A DNA stretch of 62,807 bases, the filler included, from Nitrospinota bacterium (lineage in GTDB: Bacteria > JAUXIQ01): assembly GCA_030620925.1 (NCBI GenBank). It is 9 parts of 9 records of this genome, joined end to end, with 100 filler letters (N's around TTAATTAATTAA, not from the genome) between each part and the next. Parts side by side here need not be neighbours in the genome. Positions count along the whole stretch, not along the records: positions 1 to 8,614 come from JAUXIQ010000063.1; positions 8,715 to 13,520 come from JAUXIQ010000199.1; 7 more parts are not named here. One strand, 5' to 3'. The number at the start of each line of letters is the position of its first letter. Position 1 is the first letter of the stretch. A program made the position numbers and the translations under genes. Shown piece after piece: positions 1 to 9,003 of the stretch. The notes under the pieces were generated by a model. The model had not been told where the DNA came from. It was given only the letters and a program-made list of their open reading frames with translations, and made no database searches.

Positions 1-1089
1 CATAGGGGTGTATATGTTCAGAAAAGTGAAGCGCCAGATGGCGAAAGCCCTGAATGTCATTCCCAGAATGATGAGATACTTGGTGTCTATGTAATCCCCC
101 AACCGCCCGAACATGAGGGAGCTGAAGCTGGTTACCATGACTGAGGGAAGCATGATGAGGCCCGCCTGCAATGGCGTGAACCCGCGGAAGGTCTGGAGAT
201 AAATCTGTATCAGGAAGAATGTCCCGAAGAGGTCCATCTCATTCACGAAACCCACCAGGTTGAGAATGGTGAAGTTGAACTTTTTGAACAGGCGCAGGTC
301 CACCATGGGGTGCTTGCCTTTGAGCTCGGCCAGCACGAAGGCCCCTCCTCCCACCGCGGCCAGGATGAAGAGCGTGATTATATAGTTCGAACCCCAGCCT
401 TCCCGCCTCCCCTGGCTCAGGGCCATCAGCAGGCAGACCACGAAAACGGCGAGCGATGCGATCCCCGGGACATCCAGGGGCCGCCTTTCCTTTCGCTCGC
501 TCTCCCTCAGGATTATCTTACCCACCGTCATTCCAACCACGCTCAAGGGCACTGAAATATAAAAGATGTAGCGCCAGCTTATTTCCTCCACCAGGTAGCC
601 ACCGAGGGGAAAGGCGATCATGGAGGCCGAAAAGAGGGAGAATATGGATATCCCCATGGCCAGCCCATGCTGGTGGGGGGGGAAAGCCTCGTAGAGGATC
701 ACCATCCCTATGGGGGTTGCCATTCCGGCCACTATGCCGGAAAGGACGCGGAAAAAGATGAGAGATTCTATATTCCAGGCAATCCCGCTCAACAACATGC
801 AGAAAAGGAAGACACCCATGGCAAGGAGGAAAAGGTTCTTGTTGCCCAGCCATCCCCCCAGCCAACCCACGGTGGGAGTGGTCACGGTAAAGGCGATCAT
901 ATATGCGTTGAGCACCCACTGGGCCTGGTCGAGATTCGCCCCGAAAGAGGACATGATTTTGGGTATGGCCAGATTGACTGCGGATATGTTAAGGTTTATG
1001 GACAGCATCCCCATGGTAATGGCGAAGGAGGCCCACCACTTGTAGCTGTCCTTCAAACCATCGGCGCTCTCCATTCCATCCATGCTCAT
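1..1089 (-). CDS. DHA2 (EmrB/QacA) family MFS efflux transporter, 3' truncated by the window edge
   Basis: Not in the ORF track because it has no stop. Minus-strand translation from ATG at 1089 reads MSMDGMESADGLKDSYKWWASFAITMGMLSINLNISAVNLAIPKIMSSFGANLDQAQWV, with LSQGRREGWGSNYI later; typical DHA2 N-terminus. Confidence 0.85.
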   Translation of the reverse strand, partial: MSMDGMESADGLKDSYKWWASFAITMGMLSINLNISAVNLAIPKIMSSFGANLDQAQWVLNAYMIAFTVTTPTVGWLGGWLGNKNLFLLAMGVFLFCMLLSGIAWNIESLIFFRVLSGIVAGMATPIGMVILYEAFPPHQHGLAMGISIFSLFSASMIAFPLGGYLVEEISWRYIFYISVPLSVVGMTVGKIILRESERKERRPLDVPGIASLAVFVVCLLMALSQGRREGWGSNYIITLFILAAVGGGAFVLAELKGKHPMVDLRLFKKFNFTILNLVGFVNEMDLFGTFFLIQIYLQTFRGFTPLQAGLIMLPSVMVTSFSSLMFGRLGDYIDTKYLIILGMTFRAFAIWRFTFLNIYTPM

Positions 1090-1119
1090 TTCGACCGTTT
1101 CGCACCTTCCCGCTCTATC

Positions 1120-2163
1120 TCAGGCTCCGCCCTTTACGGCCACCAGCACGTCGAACATACCCTTGCCCACGCTGAAGCGTTTCAAATCACCGAACCCGGC
1201 TCCGGTGATGAGCGCCTCCTGCTCGGGGCGGGTCTGAAGGTGATGGCCCATGATCATCTCCCGGTACTGATCGAAGATGCCCCGCTCGAAATCTATCTGT
1301 CGAAATTCGCTGATAGCAGCCGGATAGGGGAAATCGACGTTCACCAGCCGACCCCCTTTCTTGAGGGCCCGATAGCTGTTGGCCGCCAATTGCTCCCTGG
1401 CCTCCGGCCTCACCTCGTGGAGGACGACTACCATTATGACGTAGTCGAAAAGGCTCTCATGGGGGAACTCCTCTCCCCCCAGGAACTCTACCCTGACCCG
1501 CCCCTCAAGCTCTTTCTCGCCGATGGCTCGCCGGGCGCGCTCTATGCCGAACCTGTCTACGTCCACCCCCCGGAAGCTGCAGCGGGGATAAAGCTCGGCC
1601 AGCCGGATCATGAGGGTTCCATTGCCGCATCCCATTTCGAGAAATTCCGCCCCCCGCTCCATATCCTCCTGCATCCCTTCCACCCTGGGGACGATTACGT
1701 TTTTGAACGCGGCATAGAGGTTGCGGGTGGATTCGGCCACCGCCTCGGAGAAAGAAGCGTCGCGCTCCTGGTAGGTGAACGCTTCTCCGCTGCGCATATA
1801 GCCGGCGAAGGCTGCCATATCCCCGCTCATGCAGTCCATGGTGAGCTTGATGTTCCCCTCGTAATTGCGCGGGCTGTCCCTCTGCACCAACACTTCCTCC
1901 AGCCCGGCCTGGAGAATGAAACGGTCTCCCGGGGCGCAGTCCAGAAGCTCATAATGGTAGGCCGTCGTACACCATACATAGAGATAGGGTTCATGCAGCC
2001 CCAGCTCCTCCGCAAGCTCCGGTACGCTAACCCCATTCCCGTGAGCATTAATGGCGGCAAAGAGCCCCAGCTCCATCCCCGTCCGAAGGAGGAGCATAGC
2101 CACATAACCCTTTTCGTAAGTCTTTATTTTCTGCAGCTGATCCGCTGCGGTGGGTCGTTCCAC
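1120..2163 (-). CDS. Class I SAM-dependent methyltransferase with N-terminal winged-helix/dimerisation domain
   Basis: SAM motif LEMGCGNG, acidic residue in GVDVD, VVLHE..LKKGGRL; N-terminal GMELGLFAAI..ELAEELGL wHTH pattern. Confidence 0.85.
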   Translation of the reverse strand: MERPTAADQLQKIKTYEKGYVAMLLLRTGMELGLFAAINAHGNGVSVPELAEELGLHEPYLYVWCTTAYHYELLDCAPGDRFILQAGLEEVLVQRDSPRNYEGNIKLTMDCMSGDMAAFAGYMRSGEAFTYQERDASFSEAVAESTRNLYAAFKNVIVPRVEGMQEDMERGAEFLEMGCGNGTLMIRLAELYPRCSFRGVDVDRFGIERARRAIGEKELEGRVRVEFLGGEEFPHESLFDYVIMVVVLHEVRPEAREQLAANSYRALKKGGRLVNVDFPYPAAISEFRQIDFERGIFDQYREMIMGHHLQTRPEQEALITGAGFGDLKRFSVGKGMFDVLVAVKGGA

Positions 2164-2227
2164 TTCCCTTCCTCCAGCGAGGGAACAGAATTTATATATC
2201 GGGGGTCGACGACCCCCATACCGGGCC

Positions 2228-3142
2228 TTACGACCCGGATTTGAAAGGCGATAAAATAGCGGCTATGAACGAGTTTACCGGGGCAGGGAAATCCTTCTCT
2301 TCGCTCAAGTGGACCACATGCCCGCTGAGGGCGTCCAACTCCAGAGGTCTTCCCCGTTCCAGATCACGCTGCATGGAGGATTTGAAGTCGAAATGGAGGC
2401 TCTCGGTAAAACCCATGACCTCCCCTATCATCTCTTCGGGGAGATTAAGCTCGCACGACCAAGCCGCCAGATGCACTTCCTCCACGGCCCTTCGGTAAAG
2501 CTCTTTGGTCTCCGCGTTTACCAGCACCACCCCTATCGGAGACCTCACTAAACTGGTCAACCCGCTCAAAGGGCAGATGAACATAAACTTGCGCCATAGC
2601 TCGCTCTTGATATCCTCGGATACCAGGCAGTCGATCCCCGCCCCGGACAAGACTTCGCTCAGAGCCCGGACCCTGGAGGACAGCTCGCCGTCCAGCTCGC
2701 CTATGATCAGACGCCTGAGGCCTCCCGTCTGGGAGATTACGCCCGGAGCGGCTACGGAGGATTCCACGTACGCCACGCCGCCTATCACCCGCTCTTCCCC
2801 TAACACACTGCCAATCTTCCCTTCATTGTCCACGCCGTTCTGAAGTGAAAGAACCGTCGTATCCGCCCCCAAAAGCGGTCTCATGGCCGGAGCGGATTCT
2901 TCCACATGGTAGGCCTTGACGCAGGAGAGGACAAAATCCACAGGCCCCACCTCTTCAGCACTTTCCTCCGCCTTTACCTTCACTTCAAAGCCGCCGGCTA
3001 CGCTCTCCACCTTTAGACCCCGCTCCTTGATACTTCTCAAATGCTCCCCGCGGGCCAGGAACACCACGTCGGCTCCTGCTTTAGCCAGAAGCCCTCCGAA
3101 GTAGCCCCCCACTCCACCTGCTCCAAAAACCGCTATTCTCAT
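2228..3142 (-). CDS. panE: 2-dehydropantoate 2-reductase (ketopantoate reductase)
   Basis: MRIAVFGAGGVGGYFG Rossmann motif, VKAYH, LQNGV, WRKF, SSMQRDLERGRPLELD. Confidence 0.9.
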   Translation of the reverse strand: MRIAVFGAGGVGGYFGGLLAKAGADVVFLARGEHLRSIKERGLKVESVAGGFEVKVKAEESAEEVGPVDFVLSCVKAYHVEESAPAMRPLLGADTTVLSLQNGVDNEGKIGSVLGEERVIGGVAYVESSVAAPGVISQTGGLRRLIIGELDGELSSRVRALSEVLSGAGIDCLVSEDIKSELWRKFMFICPLSGLTSLVRSPIGVVLVNAETKELYRRAVEEVHLAAWSCELNLPEEMIGEVMGFTESLHFDFKSSMQRDLERGRPLELDALSGHVVHLSEEKDFPAPVNSFIAAILSPFKSGS

Positions 3143-3328
3143 TGCCTACACCTCCGCAGCATATTATTGACATCACAAGTCTATAGATAAACACCGGACC
3201 TGGAGGCCCGATCCCCTTTATTTTTCGCCATCAATTGCCCGGTTACGGCATTCGGGGTATATTATGGTAAAAAAGCGGCTTCATCAAGAGCATTGTTTAT
3301 CCCTTCAATCATACAGGGAGAATGACTT

Positions 3329-4843
3329 GTGAACAAGCGTGACGTAAAGTCTTTCTACCCGCCGCCCACCATGGCCACCCAGCACCCGGACAACGCAGCA
3401 CCCCCCTATTGGGGAAAGGAGGCTTACTTTACGGCGGAAGAAGAAGTTGAAGAGTGTTACCGATGTTTCAAAGAGCTCGGCTGCCGGGAATATATGTGGG
3501 ACTGGGAAGGGAAATACGTTGACGAGGCTGCCGCCGACAAGCTGCTGACCCAGTATACCAGCTTCTTCAAGCGTCACCCCCTGGGCGGTGAATTTTTCCT
3601 CACCATCCGGGTGCCTAACATCTGGTTCGAAAAAACAACCCGCACCGCCCGCGCCTTCATGTCCGTGACCACGGCACAGGATATCGCCCTTGAGCTCGAT
3701 CTTCCCGAAGCCCCCGTCTTCCAGATCATTCTCCCCATGGCGGAAAGGGCGGAAATGATGGTGGAAGTGCAGAGTAAATACAGCGAGGTCATAAAGGCCA
3801 AGTGCGTCGCCTTTCAGTCGGACCTGTGCGGGCCGCTGGAAGTAGAGATAATCCCCCTGGTGGAGGATGTGGACCGGTTGATGAACATGGGAGAAATCCT
3901 TGAAGATTACTGCCAACAGTTGAAGAGCAAGCAGAATTCGGTGAGGGGCTTCATCGCCCGTTCAGACCCCTCTCTGCAACACGGTCTGGTGCCTGCTGTA
4001 CTGGCGGCCAAGGTCGCTGTCAATGAACAATACCTCTTCCAAAAGAAAGAGGGCATGCCCGTCTATCCCATGATCGGAGTGGGCTCACTTCCCTTCAGGG
4101 GCGGGCTGACCCCCTACAGGTGTAAAGAGTTTCTGAAAGAATACAAGGGAATCAGGACGGTGACCCTGCAGTCAGCCTTCCGCTACGACTATCCCCTGGC
4201 GGATGTGAAAAAGGCCGTGCGTTACTTGAACAGGGAACTGAGCGGCGCGGCGGAGATCACGCCCGACCCGCTGGATAAAGAGCTCGCGGCCGAGCTCAAC
4301 CATCTGTTCTCTCCCCTTTACCGCAAGACGATCGAAAGCATCTCGCCCCTCATAAACTCCACCTCCGGACATATCCCCGCCCGCAGGGAGAGGATATCAG
4401 AAACGGGCCCACTGGGCTACGCCAGGAGCATGGGGCGTAAAAGCCTCCCCCGCGGGGTGAAATTTACCGCATCCCTCTATTCCCTGGGAATCCCGCCGGA
4501 GATAATAGGCACCGGAAGGGGCCTCAAAGCGGCCGCCTCGGCGGGACTTCTCGATCACCTCAAAAAGGTCTACGTGAACCTCCACCACGACCTCAAGACA
4601 GCCGGTAGCTATTTGAACCTTGAGAACCTGGCCTTTTTAGCCGCATCGCATCCGGCGCTGCACGATGTGGAAGAGGATGCAGCCCTGGTGGAAGAATACC
4701 TGGGCCTCAAGCTGGAACCGACCGAGCTGCACCATTTCCTGCACCGCAACCATGTTTCAAACATCTATCACCTGCAGGGAGCGGGGGAAAATTTCGATAG
4801 CGAAGTGATCGCCGCTGCGCTCTGCCGCCGTAGCTTGGGATGA
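3329..4843 (+). CDS. ppcA: Archaeal-type phosphoenolpyruvate carboxylase
   Basis: MATQHPDNA, EYMWDWEGK, FLTIRVPN, ILPM, IIPLVED, FIARSDP, IGVGSLPFRG, TLQSAFRYD, YSLGIPPE and C-terminal RRSLG; about 500 aa. Confidence 0.92.
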   Translation: MNKRDVKSFYPPPTMATQHPDNAAPPYWGKEAYFTAEEEVEECYRCFKELGCREYMWDWEGKYVDEAAADKLLTQYTSFFKRHPLGGEFFLTIRVPNIWFEKTTRTARAFMSVTTAQDIALELDLPEAPVFQIILPMAERAEMMVEVQSKYSEVIKAKCVAFQSDLCGPLEVEIIPLVEDVDRLMNMGEILEDYCQQLKSKQNSVRGFIARSDPSLQHGLVPAVLAAKVAVNEQYLFQKKEGMPVYPMIGVGSLPFRGGLTPYRCKEFLKEYKGIRTVTLQSAFRYDYPLADVKKAVRYLNRELSGAAEITPDPLDKELAAELNHLFSPLYRKTIESISPLINSTSGHIPARRERISETGPLGYARSMGRKSLPRGVKFTASLYSLGIPPEIIGTGRGLKAAASAGLLDHLKKVYVNLHHDLKTAGSYLNLENLAFLAASHPALHDVEEDAALVEEYLGLKLEPTELHHFLHRNHVSNIYHLQGAGENFDSEVIAAALCRRSLG

Positions 4844-4870
4844 GTTTTTGCACAACCCTCCGCCACCCGG

Positions 4871-6703
4871 TCAGAGTTGAGGTATATCGTCAGGAAGTTT
4901 GATGATCTCGGACTTCACGGCCCCGGAGAAGGTCTCCGCAAAGTCGGGATCGAACTGAATCCCGGCATTTTCTTTCAGTTGCTTGAGAGCGCTCCTTATG
5001 CTCATGCCCGTACGATAGGGCCTGCGGGAGGTCATGGCATCGAAAGCATCGGTCACCGTAACGATCCTGGCCAGGTCGGGTATCTCCTCACCGGCGAGCC
5101 CGTCGGGATAACCGGCTCCATCGAACCATTCGTGATGATTGCGCACAATGGACATGCCGTCTTTGTGTAAATTCAGAGGCGATACTATGTAGGCCCCCAC
5201 CACCGTATGGTTCCTGATGACTTCGAGCTCCTGTCTGTCCAGAAACGATTTCTTGAGGAGCAAATTATCGGGTATGCCCAGCTTCCCGATATCGTGCAGG
5301 GGCACTATATCCCTTAAAAGTTCGATACGGTTAACAGACATGCCCAACAGGCCGGCCAGCTCCGTGGAATAATAAGTCACCCTCTCAGAATGGCCCCTGG
5401 TCTGGTTGTCCCTGGCCTCCAGGGCCATGACCAGCGATTGAATGCTGTTGAGGTAACTCTTGCGATTGCTCTCCAGGAGGCGACCGGTCTCAATGGCACC
5501 GGCAATCTGGTTCACGAAAGCGATGAGGTAATCCCTTTCGTGCTGGGTTATGATAGTCTGGCTGGAGCCCTTATCGGCAGCCAGCACTCCGATTACTTTA
5601 TCCCGGACGGTAACCGGCACCACGAAGAAAGAGCTGGGGCTGAACTGTCTTATAATAGGATTATCCCGATTGAGGTTGGAAAATTTTACATCCTCTATGA
5701 ACGACGGCACCCCGCTGTGCGCCACCCGCACCATGAGGTTGTTCATCCTGCTCAGGGAGACGCTGTAGTTGCTGAATCCATCCAGTAATTCTCTGTCTGC
5801 ACCGACTCCCTGACCATATTCCAGCATTCCTTTCTCCTCGTTCACCAGCATCAGCACCGCCCGTTCAAAACCGGTGACTTTGACCATCAAGGTCATCACC
5901 TCTTCCAATACATCCTCCAGCTCGGGCATGGAGACCACCACACGGGTAGCCTCCTGGATGGCGGCGAGACGTTCCACCTTTTCGTTGAGGCTCACGGACA
6001 GGAGGTGCGACTCGGCATATTTCTTCTCCAGCAGGTCTCTCTCTTTTTCCAGTTCCCGCAGGGCCGACTTGAAATTGCGATAGGCGGGTATGAGACCGGC
6101 AAGAAGTTTCTTTATAAACAACCGCCTGCTTCCTGGCTCCCATTTCACATGATATTCGCAGTGAGCCCCCCCCTCGAAGAAGCATTCGGTTTCGGTAAGT
6201 TCCAGGGGAGGTAAACCCCAAACAGTGGTAATGGCTCTGTAAATGCCTTGATTCAACAAACAGAAATCCTTGGTCATCTCCATGCCACCAAACCAATGGA
6301 GTTTCACAACACCGCCGTTTTTAAGCCGCTGCGCTACTTCAACATCTTTCGTGCGATTAAATTTTTGGTTTATGGATTGGACCCGCTTAAGGCCCATGGC
6401 GGGGGTGGTTATGGCTTTCAGGAAGAACTCCTGAATGTAACCCAATCGTCTCTTGCAGACGGCATCGAAACCGGCCCTCATGGCCACGTTTTCGTCGCCC
6501 GTCAATTCCTTGGCCCTCTGGAAAATCTCCTTTATGAGGGAGCAGGAGACCCAGTTATGATCATCGTACAGGAAAGCCCGGGACTCCTCCATGCCATTCA
6601 GCTCCGGATGAATATTATCCAGCAGCCGATCCAAGCTCCCTACGGTTTCCTCTACATAGTCTATAAGGGATTTTGTAACAATACAGTTTATATCCCTGTC
6701 CAT
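4871..6703 (-). CDS. HD-GYP cyclic di-nucleotide phosphodiesterase with N-terminal V4R/HNOX-like sensor and central GAF domain
   Basis: TRGHSERV, LHDIGK, HHEWFDGAGYPDGL, DAFDAMTSRRPYR; GAF signature VPVTVRDKVIGVL; V4R-like FCLLNQG..ETECFFEGGAHCEYHVKW. Confidence 0.88.
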   Translation of the reverse strand: MDRDINCIVTKSLIDYVEETVGSLDRLLDNIHPELNGMEESRAFLYDDHNWVSCSLIKEIFQRAKELTGDENVAMRAGFDAVCKRRLGYIQEFFLKAITTPAMGLKRVQSINQKFNRTKDVEVAQRLKNGGVVKLHWFGGMEMTKDFCLLNQGIYRAITTVWGLPPLELTETECFFEGGAHCEYHVKWEPGSRRLFIKKLLAGLIPAYRNFKSALRELEKERDLLEKKYAESHLLSVSLNEKVERLAAIQEATRVVVSMPELEDVLEEVMTLMVKVTGFERAVLMLVNEEKGMLEYGQGVGADRELLDGFSNYSVSLSRMNNLMVRVAHSGVPSFIEDVKFSNLNRDNPIIRQFSPSSFFVVPVTVRDKVIGVLAADKGSSQTIITQHERDYLIAFVNQIAGAIETGRLLESNRKSYLNSIQSLVMALEARDNQTRGHSERVTYYSTELAGLLGMSVNRIELLRDIVPLHDIGKLGIPDNLLLKKSFLDRQELEVIRNHTVVGAYIVSPLNLHKDGMSIVRNHHEWFDGAGYPDGLAGEEIPDLARIVTVTDAFDAMTSRRPYRTGMSIRSALKQLKENAGIQFDPDFAETFSGAVKSEIIKLPDDIPQL

Positions 6704-6912
6704 TAAGGCCTCCCATGTGAAAACCTTAAAATTATATCAATTAAACGCTGTAAACATATTACAAATCGTACTTATCGGAAAAAAAAGCCCACTACTTAAA
6801 TTTTTTTTCAATTCATCCACTTTTTTGATGCACAATCATCCCTTTTTATGTATACTTCAATTTCCATTTTCTATAGATTATTAACTATACGTTATCCATA
6901 ACGTTCAATAAT

Positions 6913-7896
6913 ATGGTGGGGGATTTGGATATGTTAAAAGTCAGGCTCAGCCAATTCCTCCAGATAAGAGTTAACTTCCTCATTTTCTCCATCCTGCCTT
7001 TGAGATTATCGCTCCTCTATTTGAAGACCTTAGGCTGGTTATACTACGGCCTCTTGAACAGAAAAGAGCGAAAGAAAATCGAGCGAAATATAAGTATGGT
7101 TTTTCAAAAGATGCTTACTTCCCGGCAGATTAAATCGCTGACCAGAAAAACCATCTCTAACACCTTCCGCCATTATGCCGAAAAGCTGTTTCAGACCTGC
7201 CGCTTTTACCGCAACTGGGTAAAATATATCCAGGCCGATGTGGAATTTAAGGGCCTGGAAGCACTGGATAGAGCGGTGGAGGAGGGGAAAGGAGTTCTCC
7301 TGGTAACGGGGCACTTTGGAGCTTTGGAGTTTCTCCCCACTTCTCTGAACTTTAAAGGCTACAACCTGGTCGTTATGGCAAAATTCAAGACCGAAAAACT
7401 GAAGCTGCTTTCCCGAAAAAGGGCGGATAGGATCGGCCTGTCCATAATAGACTGTCAAAACCACCCGGCCCCTATCATGGCATCCATCGAATGCCTGAAA
7501 AATGGAAAGATACTGATAGCCGAATGCGATGAAATAGACAGTTGGCGTCCATTCCCAGACAGACGAACTACGACATTTTTAGGCCATTCGGTGGTCGTGG
7601 ACAAGACCATCGATCTGGTGGTGAAAAAATCGGGTTGCGCGGTGATTACGGCATACGTGCGCCGCGACGAAAAAGACCGTTACTCTTTGATTCTCAAAGA
7701 AATGGCACATCCGGTTAACGGCGAAAGCATAGGGGAGGTGCTGCTGAAATCGCTCGAAGAATATGTATATACTTACCCCGAACAATGGTACCACTGGGTG
7801 AAGTTCGACGCCATGTTAGAAGACAAGGGAGCACCTCCATGCGAATCGCCGACGCAACCATCTATTGCATTAGAATCCCTCTACGTCTACAAGTAA
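6913..7896 (+). CDS. Lysophospholipid/lipid A lauroyl (LpxL-like) acyltransferase family protein
   Basis: GKGVLLVTGHFGALE (HX4E), FLG, YPEQWYHW. Start could be ATG 6931. Confidence 0.8.
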   Translation: MVGDLDMLKVRLSQFLQIRVNFLIFSILPLRLSLLYLKTLGWLYYGLLNRKERKKIERNISMVFQKMLTSRQIKSLTRKTISNTFRHYAEKLFQTCRFYRNWVKYIQADVEFKGLEALDRAVEEGKGVLLVTGHFGALEFLPTSLNFKGYNLVVMAKFKTEKLKLLSRKRADRIGLSIIDCQNHPAPIMASIECLKNGKILIAECDEIDSWRPFPDRRTTTFLGHSVVVDKTIDLVVKKSGCAVITAYVRRDEKDRYSLILKEMAHPVNGESIGEVLLKSLEEYVYTYPEQWYHWVKFDAMLEDKGAPPCESPTQPSIALESLYVYK

Positions 7897-8614
7897 TCCA
7901 TAACCTTTCCCAACGCACATCCTCGGAAAGCCTGGTGGTGCGCCTCGTTTGCGAAGAAGGGGTTGAAGGATACGGCGAAGGGGCACCCCGGGATTACGTT
8001 ACCGGCGAAGCCACGGCGAAATCCCTGTCGGCGCTGCAGGAGTTGTGCCGGGAGCATCTCATCGGGAAAGAGCTCGATTCCCCCCCCCAGGCACTGGCCC
8101 TGCTGGAAAGGCTCCGGAAAACAGAAGTCGGAGAAACCCACCCCGCCGCCTTATGCGCCCTTGAAACCGCCCTGCTGGACCTCACGGGTAACAGCTTCGG
8201 CCAATCCATACCCGGGATGCTGGGGCTTGGCCGCGAACGGAACGCCTTTTACAGCGCAGTGATCCCTCTCATGCCCGAAGAGATGACACAGCATTTTCTC
8301 ATGCGCTGTTTTCAATTGGAGATAAAAAGTGTAAAATTAAAAGTCAAGGGCGCTGAGACCGTGCGCAGCGTGGCCCTGGCCAGAGAACTTTTAGGCAGAG
8401 ACGCTGATCTGCGCGTGGACGCCAACGGGGCATGGACCCTCTCAGAGGCGAAAGAGGCCATGAAACTGCTCGCCGACTACGATATAAGCTCCGTGGAACA
8501 ACCTGTACCGAAAAAAGACTTCAGCAGCTTGCAGGAATTAGCCCTGAAGTCTGAAATACCGATCGTGGCGGACGAATCCGTGTGCACCTTGAAAGAGCTG
8601 CGAGAAATGCTGGC
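7839..8614 (+). CDS. Enolase superfamily, muconate cycloisomerase/dipeptide epimerase subgroup; truncated at contig end
   Basis: GYGEGAPR, ETALLDL, KLK catalytic motif, metal ligands DAN, EQP, DES. ATG 7839 follows an AAGGGAG RBS. Confidence 0.85.
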
Positions 8615-8714
8615 NNNNNNNNNNNNNNNNNNNNNNNNNNNNNNNNNNNNNNNNNNNNTTAATTAATTAANNNNNNNNNNNNNNNNNNNNNNNNNNNNNN
8701 NNNNNNNNNNNNNN
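8615..8714. other. Artificial contig linker
   Basis: 44 N + TTAATTAATTAA (stops in all six frames) + 44 N. Confidence 0.97.
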
Positions 8715-8771
8715 GTCTACCACGCCCTTAACACCAACATACAGCGTAACATAACAGATAAACTCAATATA

Positions 8772-8945
8772 CAAGGGGCGACTGGCTAGTCGCCCTTGAA
8801 GTGCTTGCCGCGGGACCGCGTCCTGGGCAGGACGAGGCATGCCCCTACGGCCGTATAACGTTTTAGGTAAAGTCTCGTAGGGGAGTCCCGCGTAGGGGCG
8901 GGTTTGTAACCCGCCCTATTGGGGCGTATGGCAATGCGTCCCGAC
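8772..8945. repeat. Cluster of GTAG-type REP-like palindromes
   Basis: GGGCGACT-GGCT-AGTCGCCC (8776-8795), GTAGGGGCGGGTTTGTAACCCGCCCT (8892-8917), plus partial GCCCCTAC and GGGGCGTATGGCAATGCGTCCC copies. Confidence 0.7.
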
Positions 8946-8949
8946 ATAG

Positions 8950-8979
8950 AAAGGGCCGCCAATCAAGACGGCCCTTTTT
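8950..8979. terminator. Intrinsic terminator downstream of degP, probably bidirectional
   Basis: AAAGGGCCG-10 nt-CGGCCCTTT followed by TT, about 25 nt after the degP stop. Confidence 0.7.
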
Positions 8980-9003
8980 ATGTATCAATACCGGCTCAGC
9001 CGG

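Noticed and set aside
667-2244. 525-aa plus-strand ORF
   Set aside because: Antisense shadow of the MFS and methyltransferase genes; no motifs.
8659-8670. TTAATTAATTAA repeated eight times at wide spacing
   Set aside because: Always embedded in N runs; it is an artificial linker, not a biological repeat or CRISPR.
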